Shown piece after piece: positions 1-12,939 of a stretch of 64,000 nucleotides of DNA. The notes under the pieces were generated by a model, which saw only the letters and a list, made by a program, of their open reading frames with translations, was not told where the DNA came from and made no database searches. This DNA comes from Calcarisporiella thermophila CBS 279.70 (taxonomy: Eukaryota > Fungi > Calcarisporiellomycota), in contig NW_027192216.1 in assembly GCF_041956535.1 (NCBI RefSeq), positions 323,970-387,969 of the forward strand. Reading direction: 5' to 3'. A program made the translations under genes and the position numbers. Each line of letters opens with the position of its first letter. The first letter of the stretch is position 1.

Positions 1-1561
1 ATCATGTTCCTTTTAGCTTTTTTTTTTGTATTGTAGAAAGTTTTCTTATATTTTGTTATTTCGCTTGTTGTTTTAGCATTGTGCGATAAATTGAAATTTT
101 CAAATCAATGCAGCTGTGAAACTATTCCAAGTTAATAGAATTGTATGAGGATAAGATATAATCCGGAGGAGTGTATAAGAGTGAAAAAGGACTCATTTGA
201 CGGGTTTATATCTTTTATAAGTGAATATTTGGTGTTAATGGCTACGTTTATTTTAAAAATTCTCCAACGGCAGCAGGAATTATCAAAGACTTCACCACAA
301 CGCCTACTATCAAAGCCCTTTCTGATGGACCATGATAATTTACTATACTCTTGGATGGAGGATGTTCGCAAATAATACGCTTATCTTCAGATGGCATACA
401 TATACCAAGTATCTGGTTCTATCCTACCGAGTTCTTTGTGGAGAAATATTGCTTGAATAGTCACAAGCACATATAATAGGAAACTACTGTGTTGCTTATA
501 ACGTGGATTGAAGATGTCGATTTTTGCTCCGGCGTGAAAGTAACTTAAGCGCTAGTTGTCGTAAACACATATATAGATCTATCCTTAATTCGGGTCGCAT
601 CGATGCTGATGCGACTAATGCAACGTAATTTCGAATTAATATTGGCATGGCGATGGATATTATCAATTGAAATTCGGAAAAGATTTGTTATGATTTGAAA
701 TATTCCAATCTGCGTTGTTCAAGAAACTGAATAGGGATGGTTTATTTTAATCACTACATACTTTGGGGCAATTCTATTTTCAGACTTGTAGCAGGTTTGT
801 ATAAATGAATATCACGAGAATAATGTGAGCTCCGCCGTAGCTCATCTTCGATCCATCTTTCTAAAGCGGCCAAAGATTTAATAAGAATCAACCTGGACAT
901 TTTATATTCCCTTAAATTTTCGCTTGATTGGACCAGAGAGGTAATATTCGTATAGCTTTGAACTCTCGACTCTCGACAAAGCGAAGCTCCTTTGTGTTTT
1001 GTAAATGCAAAATAGATATTCTGGGTTTATGGAGCTGAAAATTAGAAATTGAAAATGTAGTTTGTTCTGAACAGTCGCAGAGAATTTGTAATTCATTCTA
1101 CTTGATAATGGTCATATTGATAGAAGTGCGATTGCCTTGATCAAATTTGTCAATATCAGGATATTTTGCAATTCCGATCAGATCTTATTTGGCACCGAAG
1201 CTTCGATTCAAATCATTTGGCCATTATTATGTAGGTAAAAAGCCTCTATGGCTTGGATTACCTACCCTCATTTTCTCAACTTTGATCGCGAAGAGAGATA
1301 TATGTGATCCCAACATTTTAGCTGCTGATGACTAGAGTTCGTTTCTAATTATTAACATAGTCCAATTTACTCTCTATTGTTGATTCCAATCTTGAAACTA
1401 AGATGGACTCAATTAACTCTCAATTTTCTTTTTAACTTAAAATAATCTCCTGTTTACTTACTCCTTTCATCAGCGCCATTAATTCTTCTAATTTAATTTG
1501 GATATTGCCTGCCAGTGTTTCCTATTTCTTTTTACGTTCATTTTCGTCAACTATCTACATC

Positions 1562-4377
1562 ATGGAATCTTCACGGTGTGCACTTCTCATGGTGGACAAT
1601 TCCTGTACTGACACTATATACTTACAAAGACGTGTGCAGGGGGTCAAGAGGGAATTGGAATGGATGCTAGAGGAATTTACTGAAGGTAGCTGGAGGTGAA
1701 GAAGATGTTTGATGCATAGGCTAATTTTTTAATTTTAGTGGTGCTGGTACCTTCCAATGATGCAGCAATGAAATTTTTGGAGCAGAGACCACGAGTTGGA
1801 GTATTGCCTGTTATTGCGCTCATAGATGTAGATATATCTGGAGTAGAGTTGCTAGTCATGATAGCAAGCAAGCTTGTAAATGGGATGCTACATGATGTAG
1901 TGCCTGTTGGTGAGATGATTGCACAATATTTTTTTTATAATTTTCACTCTCTAATACTTTATTTCTTGCCTACCTCTAAATATTTCAAGCATGCTCCAAG
2001 AACGATTCACCGAATTTCATGCTACAATGCATAAATATGGGGGCTGCTGACTACCTACTTAAGCCGCTCTCACGAGAAACGATCAAGACTTTGTTTTTAG
2101 TAATATATTTTTTGATTCTTTTATGTGAATCTTTCTAATTTCGTTTTACGACCAGAACATGTATAAATATCGAGTATCTGATCATTTGCTCGGTTTGCCC
2201 GCGTGCACTATAAGAGCCCAACCGAATTCAAAGTCGCAAACATGCCCACGACTTCGTGATCGATTAAAAGAAGTTTTAATCAGAGATAGATGGTAATTGA
2301 TAATAGGGCTCTGCCCCTTTCCTACATGTCCGAAGTTAACTTTCAATATAAATTATATAGGCTGGGAAACTTTCTTATGGAGTATTTTTGCCCTCCAATT
2401 GCCTCTGTAGACTTGGGATATCCAAGGTAAACACATAAAATAATATACGGGTAAACCTATATTAAGACTGTTATTAATAAACTTTCACAAATAGATTAAA
2501 TTCTACTGCGACGGAAGAGAGAAATCTCATCTTGAAATCTCGCTTATGCAGCTGGAATTTCTGCACTCAAGATTTATCAGAGGAAGATTTGCTACGTTGC
2601 GTATGCCTAATTTTTGAGCAAGTTTTAAGCCTGGAAGAGTGTCCATATAAAAACCAAGGTACTTTACTGGATGTATGAATATGCTATAAGAACATTTATA
2701 TTTATTTGTTATAATTAGCAGAGCGGCTACATCGTTTCGTGTTAGCCCTACGCAATTCGTACCACCATACTAATCCGTATCATAATTTTATGCATGCAGT
2801 CGATGTTCTTCAAGCAACCTACTATTTTTTAGTTCAAATGAAGCTGTTGCAACCTCTGGCACAGGGTGATACTCAGCCAATCTCTCGTATACCCTTCTCA
2901 ATCAGCCTTCAAAGAGAGTCTCAAGTTCAGCGGCTTTTCCGACACGTAGATATCCTAGCTCTTTTATTAGCTTCCATTGGGCACGACATTGGACACCCTG
3001 GCTTGAGCAACATGTTTCTGGTAATTTTTTTCTCGAATTTTTCTATTTCTCAAACTAAATTTTTAATTCATAAATTCCACTAGTCAAATTTGTCGTGTCC
3101 CCTTGCGCTATTATATAACGATAAATCGATTCTCGAAAATTTTCATTCAATGGCACTATTTCAGCTGATGAAAAAGCACCACTTTTGCTATAGCGATGAG
3201 CCTAATGATAAAGAATATACAGGTTAACATTAATGTACCGGCATTAAATAGGTCTGCATATTTATCATCTATTTTCATGACATAGGATTCCGAAAGCTTA
3301 TTGTTAATTCTATTCTCGCAACTGATATGGCACTACATTGGGATTATATCACCAAGCTAAAGGATCATCTTGACCGACTCATAAACCATGATGTTCTGAA
3401 CTATGACCCACAATTGATGGAGCAGGATCGCCTTCTTATATGTGGAATTCTTATTAAATGTGCAGACATTAGCAACTGTGCTCGCCCATTTCAGATTGCA
3501 GAACAGTGGTCAAAGGTACTAATTGAAGAATTTACATGTCAAGGTGATCTAGAGAAAGAGCTCCACCTTCCAGTTTTATATATGAATGATCGAGATAAAG
3601 TGACCGCTGCAGATTCCCAAATTGGATTTATATCCAATTTGGCTCTTCCTCTTTTCGAAGTTGTTGCAAATCTTATTCCTGGTAATTTTTATTATTTTTA
3701 AAGAAATTTTATATTTAAGATTATTAACGAATTGATTTTAAATATAGAAATGGGGTATTGCGTCGACTATCTTTTTTCTAATAAAAAGGCTTGGGAAGAT
3801 AGAAAGTATCTGTCGCAAGATAAGGAAATTGCTTCGGGTAGGCTTATTAATATTTCTTATTATAAGTCTAGTGAAAAATATTTATGATTTATGATATTTA
3901 TACGCAATAGTTTCTCTTATCCAACAAGATAAAGTGCAAATTGAGAGCTCTCCAAAACCTGATCGTGCTTGGAACCTTGAAACTTCGAGTGGTAGTGACG
4001 TAGAAGACGAGGACGAACCACCTGAAATGACGAGGTGGTACGATGCTGTAGAACATTTAGTTGAGGCAACAAGCCCTCCACTTTTTCCTCGAGCATCTGC
4101 ATCAATGACTCCTTACTTGACACTCATTGGAGTTCGCGAGGGACGACGTGGTTCACTACCAGCTAATCTCAACTTACGGCAAAATTGTGCAGATAATGAC
4201 ACTAACAAATCCCAAGAGCATGAGCGTGTGTTTAGGCCTTATCTTCGACCTTTCGAGGGATCGCTTACGCAACGTCGGCGCTCTACACCGACAATTATTT
4301 CTGCATGGTCAAGCAATAGGGACGTGTTTGTTGAAAACTTGAGAATGGGGGGAACAACTTGTGCGGGGAGATCGTAG
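1562..4377 (+). CDS. Class I cyclic-nucleotide phosphodiesterase with N-terminal response-regulator receiver domain (RegA-like); multi-exon
   Basis: Spliced N-terminus MESSRCALLMVDNS...IALIDVD...VVPVACS...GAADYLLKPL fits a REC fold. PDEase_I motifs YHNFMHAVDV, HDIGHPG, ILENFH, LATDM, KCADISN and QIGFI follow. C-terminal RRGSLP and RRRST match PKA-type sites. Confidence 0.9.
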
Positions 4378-4914
4378 TGTTTCTCGGCTGGATTTATTCA
4401 TTATATATCTGGATTATTATACTTATTTAACTTCGTTTTTCTTTATTTATTGTTTAGCTTTTCTTAAATTGTGAAATTTTTCGCCTCTCAAAATATACAA
4501 TAGCTTTTCCTTTGCTTTTGGGTCTCGCTTTTTCCCTTTTGTTTGATATATATTTTCTTATGTTAAATGGTTCTTTTATCAATTATGACTTATTTATTAG
4601 ATAACAATTTGACCAATAAACAGAATTACATTAGCAATAACAATATTTTCAACCTTGTATAAGCTCGATAACAAGCATTAGGCAGGCAATCCAACATAAC
4701 TTTTACAAAAATTTACATAAAATCATTTAGACTCTAGTTCCGTATTTCTATCATTTCGGTAATTTCTAACTCCGACATCATGTCATTTATAACGATAATA
4801 ATACAGATACTCTATTCACGCAAAATGAAAATTGCCTTCAAGAGTAATTGTTAGGAGATTATAGCTGTTTATAAAGAATATATTGCTTTTTACAGTGGCA
4901 ATTGAAAAAGGAGT

Positions 4915-7900
4915 TTAAAATACATTTTTAGGCGTAACGATCGCTTTTGCCCGCAACTGCATTTCTTCGACCATGCTCATGTGTTCTCTCACCCATTCTT
5001 CAATTCGATGCATGGCATGGGTCCCATAAGGCAAGCAAAATGAATGTCCCTGCTTGATTTCCGAGCTCTCCGACGCTCGAACATTATGTAGTCCATGCTG
5101 TAGGTCGTAGGTGAGGTATATAATGTTTGAAAGAAAAATAATATCGTCCTCCTAAATATATAGAATTAATACAAAGAAATAAAAATATCCAAAATTGCTA
5201 ATATTACTTGGCACAATTCCTTTAAGTTCCATCCATCCATTTTCTCGAAGTGTACGTGTACAATATTACCAGTGTGATCTCCGAGGAACATAGATTGACT
5301 GGAATAGATTCTATCTCTGACAAAATGTTTTTCGGGTGTTGTGATGTCTAAATTTAAAAAACAAAGTTAATGGTATTAGCGTACTAACAAGCCAGAGTTA
5401 ATATATTCATATATTTACACAGGACTATTCCAGCCATATCCACCTCAGAGTATCGCTGCACATAGTTCAATTCATCAAACGAAAGTGCCTCACGAGGCAA
5501 ATAAAGTGAGCGGGCCATACGGTCCTCACATATCGGCATCAATTCCCAACGAGTACTTCGGTTGGCTGTTAGACGGATAGGGTCAGAACGGCTAGTGGAG
5601 AAATGTCGAAAGCTAGAAGTATTTAGACAATAGATCTACACGGAAATTAGCAGAGATGATTTGGTAATATGTGCATTTTAAAGCATCATACTCTGTATCG
5701 ATTTCCCTCTGCAAGCTGCTCTACTAATTCCTCACTCGGTCCCCATATGCTCAAAATTGCCTCTCGACTTGGATGTTGATCCTTGCGAGGATAATCGCAC
5801 ACTCTTAGTTTAAGTAGAGGAGTAACATTTCGCAAAATTTTCTTATCCTATTCATTTAAAATGTAAGTCCAACTTGAAAGTATATTAAAAGTGGATACTA
5901 CTTTTATACGAGAGTCAAATTCTGCTTGTAAGTCTGCACGCTTCTCATCTCTCTGCCTGCCCTCCACGTATTCATACTGTGCTATCTGATCTGTTATATC
6001 TGATATCTTTATAGGGTTTTCATCTGGAGAGAGGAAGGGTTTCAAAATTGACCCGTAAAATAGAGGAAAAGTTTAAGGTTACCTTCATTGATTACATCGC
6101 TCCATATTTTATCTGCGATATTCTCATATATTTGCTAAAATTTCAAATTGGCAATGAAAAGGTTGTTATTAGCAAAAAATATATAACTAAACTCGATATT
6201 AAGGTTCTCGTACCTGATGCCTCCGTGACGCTTGATCTTCCTCTCGTTTAATTCTCACAATCCTGCGACCCTCACCCAAATTTTCAACATAAACTATTGG
6301 ATATTTCCTTGTGATGACTACGTCCAATGCTGCAATTGCACCACCGTCATAAGAGAGGTTATCAATTGAAACATAAAAGATAGGGGATGGTTGGTAGCCT
6401 AGGCGAATATCCCAGCGTGCAATTCGTGTACTATTAGCAGTGAGGCGGAGGCGAAGATTTTCGGGCACATCAAGCACAGGAACCGCCTCATCCCATCCAA
6501 TAAGCTGCAGTACAAATGTAAATAACTAAATAAACTCACGAGAACGGTTTAGATTACCTTTGCTCCTATTATCGCTAATTTATATCCTATCTTAATTTTG
6601 GATCTTAATAAAGCACGCGTTAATGGAGGATCGATACTCGCGCGAATTTTATACCATCCATCGGTCAACTCAAGACCATATACGGTTTCTGCTGTGTTTT
6701 CACCTGTTCATAGAAATTGAGATGAATTATAATTCCATAAGTTTTCGCTTTGAAAAACGTAACACCTTTACAAGTATTTTCCTTAAATACGCCACAAATA
6801 CATAATACAAGGTATCGTGATGGTGAATCGTCCCTCTCTATAATGCGATGCAATGCTGATCTTTGAGCCATGTTTATTTCTCGTTCATACCTATTATAAA
6901 TAACGTCAAATAAATAAAGTCAAATCCAACACTACAAAAAAATGAATATAAAATACCTGTACTTCAATTGTTCCAAAACTTTTGTTGGACACCACCATTC
7001 CTTTATTTGAAATCGCGTGGGAAATAACCTAATCATGGATGCGAGTTTCCATACAATCCAACGATAATGGTTTTCCACCCATCTTGTATCGAGAGGCTTG
7101 GCTCCTGCAGCCAATAATTCCTCATATGCTTCATTTGGTCCCCAGGAATCATGTCGCGATAAATCTAAACCAGCTGGGGGGATAAATCGGTGGTGAATTG
7201 CACTTTCGGGATTCAATTTAAGAATTTCTGGTGGGCTATTCAAATATTATTAAGTATCAAGTAGTTAAAACATAAGGCATCAACTTACATTTCAGAGCCT
7301 ATTTCTTTAACTGAATATGGTTCATCATCATTTATCCATTTTCCTAAGGATTTCCTGGTACCTTTAACTATACAGATAAGATCAATAAGATTTCTTGTAG
7401 GGAGTAGGGAGAATATAAATATAGTACTAACCACGTATATCGAACATAATTCTTCCTATACTATTGTTTTTATCAAACGAAAGACCTGGCCCTTTTCTCG
7501 TCGGAGTCATAGTTAAATCGCCAACATTAAATGATGGATGATTTTTATCTTTCCAAGGAGTCTTAAAAGGAGCAGGTCGTGATGCCGGACTCTTGAGAGC
7601 TTGCGAGCGAATTCTTTTTAGTCCACTAGAGGGTCTTGAAATACCGATAGGCTTCGGGGATCGAGGTGGCGGTGTTTTAAGCGCGCTTGAAGGTATTTCT
7701 CGCTGGAGTGAAGAAGGGTGCATTTGAAGTAAAGAAGTTGCGTTGATTTTAGGAGGAGGCGTCAAGGATACAATACTAGTGGAACCTCGAATAGGAAAAC
7801 TGGGTGATGAAAATCCTTTTTCGGAACTACCAACCAATTTACTAAAAGGTTGATTTCCATCTTCTTGTATTTCTTGTGTTATTTCAGTATTTTCAGAGAA

Positions 7901-8891
7901 AAGCCGCCTATTTTTATGATGCTTTGACAAATATGTTCAGTATAAATGCTAGAGTACTTTTCACTTACTTTTTTGGTGTAATCGGGATAGCGAAATCGAT
8001 CTGTCCCGGACCAGAGTTTATATTTATATCTTCACTAAAATAAGCAGCCTTCGCTCTCTCTAATGCTTCATCTGATAAAGTTGGAAGAGCTAATCCACTT
8101 GCTGTTGCAAATCCACCGCAGCGGTTCCCCGACAGTCTTTCGCTAGCCCTGTCTGAGATATGCTCTCCTTTTTCGAACAGAGCATGCGCCTTTTTCATAG
8201 ATTCTTCAGAAGGTTTTGCAAGTGTACGTCCGCTTGCTGTCTTGAAACCACCAAAGCCTCCAGATATCTTATCAGAATATTCTAAAATGCTGTTGTAAGT
8301 CTATTTTATAAGATACAATAAGTAAATTAAGGAGCGCTTGTAGCTTTTAACCAGATGCCTGAATCATACCCCCTTATTATTAATGAATTCGTTGTGGAGT
8401 GATTTAATATTATCATTCGGCTCCGCTATCATATATTTCTCATTCTCCTTGTTTTCTTTGTCTACTTCCTCTAGCAATGCCCTAGCACGCTTTAGAGATT
8501 CGGAAGATGGGGGTGGCAAAGATTTTCCACTAGCAGTTTCAAAGCCATTGAAAATAATGGGAGATTTAGTTATAATCGAGTGATCCTCAATATTCTATTT
8601 TCAAAGTAAATTAGTTAGGCAGTTGAACATATGGTAAGGGGCATTCATAACCATACTCACAGCTGAAAATTCTACAAAGCTTGCTCTAGCAGCCATATTC
8701 TCGCTTTGTTTGCGTTCTGGGGAAATCCGAGGGGAGTTATTCTCAAATCTCGATAAATTAATATTTGCTCCAGTGTTTTTTTTATAGTAATTCTGCGAAG
8801 CAATTGAACTTAAAGCTTGATCATCGTCTAGATTTTGAGAGGTAGAGTTCTGGTGGGCATCAATGGAGGTCCCTATATTTGCATCATTCAT
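4915..8891 (-). CDS. BRCA2: BRCA2/Brh2 homolog (three BRC repeats, PhePP-like motif, helical and OB-fold DNA-binding domain); multi-exon
   Basis: BRC cores FETASGK, FKTASGR and FATASGL; PFKTPWK motif; DBD motifs WVENHYRWIVWKL, VLEQLKYR, AQRSAL..I.E.DD, DGWY and ANSTRIARWDIRLG. ATG at 8891; stop after TPKNVF at 4915. Confidence 0.92.
8035..8550 (-). repeat. Three BRC (RAD51-binding) repeats within BRCA2
   Basis: GF-x-TASG-(x)-L/M-x-R/K-A-x-A units at about 8470-8550, 8170-8256 and 8035-8120. Confidence 0.85.
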
Positions 8892-8918
8892 ATTAACAAT
8901 TATAATACTCAAAAATGT

Positions 8919-8974
8919 ATTCGCGCTGAAAATTAGTATTGAAGCGGGATATGAATACGCGAAAATTGCGCGAT
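8919..8974. promoter_or_regulatory. Cluster of E2F/SCB/MCB-like CGCG elements in the 144-bp BRCA2/ML-gene bidirectional promoter
   Basis: ATTCGCGC (8919-8926), GCGGGA (8944-8949), ACGCGAAAA (8957-8965) and TTGCGCGAT (8966-8974) in otherwise very AT-rich DNA. Confidence 0.55.
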
Positions 8975-9035
8975 ACGTCATAAATTAATCATAAATTTCT
9001 CTTTTGAAATTATTAAATATGCCAAGAGAAAAACG

Positions 9036-9622
9036 ATGCAACTATTTTATCTATTGTATTGTTTAATATATTTTACTATTGCGGATACTAAATCGTTGCC
9101 TCAAATCCCTTTCGATATCATAAATAGTGGCACTGGTGTATGGGATGATTGTGGTAATTCGAATGTATTACTACTTGTGTACAGTATAATAAAATTATTT
9201 ATTATAGGGAAAAATGAAACAACAATTCATTCACAATCTGTTGCTCTCACTCCATTTCCACCATTTCGTGGTCAAGATCTTGAAATACTCTGGAATGGTT
9301 CAACAGATTCACTTATAGATGAGACATATACCGCCAACATTAGCATTCAATTGGGAGCAGTGATATTATTTAATCAGCCAAAAATATTATGCGAAGAGAT
9401 TGGGCGCTGGGATTTGCAATGTCCTCTTAGAAAAGGAAATTATGAAGTAATAATTAAATAGATATTAGCTTCTTCTTTTAGGGAATTTACTTGTATTTAT
9501 AATAGATCAAAGAGCGACTGGGAGTCCCTATAAGCGCACCTCCTGGTCATTATCGATTGAGAGTATTAATAACTACAGAAAATGTTACTGCTGGATGTTT
9601 GAATATTCAATTCCAGTTATAA
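9036..9622 (+). CDS. ML-domain (NPC2 / PG-PI transfer-like) secreted lipid-binding protein; about 3 exons
   Basis: Signal peptide, WDDCG, V.LTPFPP.RG, LCE...LQCPL.KG, PPGHY.L and GCL motifs with the conserved ML-domain cysteines. Confidence 0.8.
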
Positions 9623-10430
9623 TAGTTTGCAATAGAGCGTATTTATACCATGCTTCGCATAACATTACATCAATTATATGATTCAAATCAAATTTATAGT
9701 TGATTCAAGATAAAGAAAACAATATCCATCATATCATGACTTATATTAATACTCTTGTGAACTCAAGGGATTCGAAAAAAGTAACGGGAAAATTTAGTTT
9801 TTTTTATAATACAATAATTTTAGTATATAGAATGCGAAACATAAAGCAATGTGAACATCTCTATTAGTTTCAATAGTTAATGCTATCTGTAAGTAATTGC
9901 CTTTAGTATTGATATGGCATTGGTAATTTTGACAGGATGCCGTAAAAGCGTGAAAATTGTATAGCACAATTTATGCTCATCCATCTTTATTCATTGAAAC
10001 TTATACTATAATATATGACCTTTTCTAGTAGCAGTAAATGTCATTGTAATGTTCCATATATTTTTTGGTTATACTCGCACTTTTTTAAAGGAATTTAAGG
10101 TTATATGATTGAATTTGACGATCGATTTACAATTAACAAGCACTGATCTTACAGCTTCATCTTCTTTTATTCTCATTTATATCGGAAATATTATATTAGC
10201 TGCTTTAAATAAATGACGTAGTTTTCATTTTAAAATCAAGCACAGAATATTTATATATACACAAATGAATAATGCCGGCTACATATGTATTACATTTGAT
10301 TACTTCAAAATATGGACTTGGGATACATTCGCTGTACGTTTCCATCCAATATCCTAAAACTCAGACATTCCTTTATTAAACAATATTAAATCTCGGACCA
10401 GTCTCTCAAATGAAAATAACAGTTTTCGTT

Positions 10431-12654
10431 TTATGAGGTAGGAGGAGGAGGGGGATTGGCTTCATTCGATGATGGAGGTGGTGGCGCAAGAGAATCCGCA
10501 TCGGAGCCAGGGGGGGGGAGGAGGAGGAGCAGAATATCCAGTGTAACCAGATTGCTAAAAATTTTGTAATAAGAGTTTAATTTATCACATTCAAAAAGAA
10601 ATAGGCATATATATTTACCCAAGGCGACGTTCCAGGAGGGTTTGATCCGGGGGGTGGCGGAGCATAGCCTCCATATCCACTATATCCACCGTATCCAGCA
10701 TAGCCTCCATAATTTCCATAGCCAGCATAACTACCGTAGCCACTGTACCCATCATAGCTTCCATAACCAGATTGTTGGTAAGTGTTCTGGCCCCACGGAG
10801 CTGTGCCAGGAGGAGCTTCAGAAGCCGACATTCCAGGTGGAGGTGGAGCAGCGACGCCAGGTGGCGCGCTACCTGTAGTGCCAGGAGGTCCCATTCCTTG
10901 CGTTTGTGGGGGCATGAGGGGTTGGGTTGATTTGCGCCATGGTGCAGATCCTCCTGCTGAACGTTGATTTGCCCATGGGGCGCTGTTTCCGCTACCAGAG
11001 GAAGGTCCATAATGTCCCATTTTCACACCAGCATCATCTGTTCTTTCCCCGCCAATCTCTGCCATCAAACTGGCGTATTCATTATCCAGACTACTATTAC
11101 GTTGTTGTGCTTGATATTGCGCGTCAGGATTGTTTCGATGCATACAATCGCGCGCAGTGTGTCCGGCATTCCCACATACGCGGCAAATCAAATTTAGAGT
11201 GTAATTTTGTCGCTCAGGGCACTCATACTTACGGTGGCCAAGGGCACCACAATTCTGACATGTTTGATTCTCATCATCGCGAAGGGTTCCGTTAAGTGCA
11301 GCTAGTTCACGAAGTTGTTGACGCTTGAGCTCATTTTGCGTTTCCGGAACAGATGTAGCCTAGTTATATTAATAGGATATAAAATTATTGCGATAAATGT
11401 CTTCAGAATAAAAATGCTTACAGTTTCGATAACTTTTTGTATTAATTTGATTGCTTTCTTTACTTTTTCCTCGGAGTCAGCCGATACAAGACAATGCAAG
11501 TCTTCTTCTTGGCCAGATGCAGAATTGGCGTCCTTAGATTTGCCCTCTTTTACACTCCCCTTGCCGCGAATGCTAATTTTCGCACCTGACTCGGATTCCA
11601 TCTTCTTTAGTGTGTTTCCACGTGGTCCGATAAGAAGACCAATGAAGTTTGTCTCTGGAAAATCTTTTACTGGGATGTATATCTAATAAATATACAAGTT
11701 GAATGTTTATAAAATTATTGCACAATGATATAAAGGTGAAAAATGATTTTACCTTATCTTGGGTTTTAGTTGGACGCCGATAATCTGTTGGGGGTTTGTA
11801 TTCAGGGTCATTCTTAATAATATCCTCGATAAGTTTGTGGCGCTCGTCCTCAAGCTTCTTCCGGTACCGGAATTCACGAGTGTTCACACGTTTTCCTTCA
11901 GAGTTATATACTGGTTCAGGCGATGGAGACCTAGCATGTAAAAAACCATAAATTTTGAATGAATGATCACATAATTTATAATATCCCGAGAGTGATCTAA
12001 AAGGATTACCTCTCGTGTTCAGGAGGAATAAAATCTCCAGTGCGAAGCTTTCTGCTAATTTCTTCAATTCGCAAACGATCTAGTAAAGGAAGACGAAAAA
12101 GTGTGAAATCATAATTGTGAATGAAAGTGTATATAATTTATTTAAACGCTTACTTGCATATAAATGTAATTGATCAGATTTCAGATTAGAAGGGAGTGTA
12201 GTTGGCATTCCTGGGACAATAGCTTTATCATCTCTCCCACCCCAGCGGCTTCTTCGCTTTCTTTTTCGCTCCTTTTCTTCATCTACGAAAAAAAATACAA
12301 CAATGAGGCAATGAATAGATGATTGATTTAGAAAAATATCGAACCTGCTTCTCCATTATTATTCTGATCAGCGCGATCGTTCGACCGCTTCAGTGATTTG
12401 TCATTCTCAAATGAAGAATGAGGAGGAGTGGGCCTATGATAGTCACTTGAAGGAGGAGGAGGAGGAGGAGGTGGTGGTGGTGGTGGATAATTATGATTTG
12501 ATGGAGGTGGGGAAGGGGGTGGTGGGGGTTCATCAGCAGGAGGGGGTGGTGGAGGAGGGGGGCGATTTGCATATGGGTCTCCCTGATTCATTCCCCCAAA
12601 CTGTCGTTTTCCCAAAGGAACCACATTGGTACCCGTTGGTTTCCACATTGTCAT
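10431..12654 (-). CDS. MSL5: Branchpoint-bridging protein / splicing factor 1; multi-exon
   Basis: [20 protein letters not shown] domain ([27 protein letters not shown]), CCHC zinc knuckles ([14 protein letters not shown]) and Pro-rich ends. Confidence 0.95.
10660..10772 (-). repeat. 9-nt period Gly/Tyr low-complexity repeat in the BBP C-terminus
   Basis: Translates to [35 protein letters not shown], with Tyr every third residue. Confidence 0.75.
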
Positions 12655-12939
12655 AAAATTTACGATGATCTTGAAAGATGTAAAGGGTAGGAAGAGAAAA
12701 GGTAAGCAACAATAAAATCCAGCAACGTCATTATTTAGCTTTCGATCTCCGCACTCACCGGCCTCTTTGAGTTTGGGATTTTGAGGTGCGAAAAAACACA
12801 AGTATTTTTTTTTCGCGATTTGATAAAGGGTTCATCTTTCGCTTTTTTACTCTTTATCTAGATAAAGCAATCTGCTCTCCTTTTATATATATTTCTTTTA
12901 TTAAAATTTTTCGGTGCTCTTGAATATTATTTTTGAAAA

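Noticed and set aside
1-1500. Short ORFs upstream of the PDE gene
   Set aside because: AT-rich with no motifs or consistent splice pattern; treated as intergenic or leader sequence.
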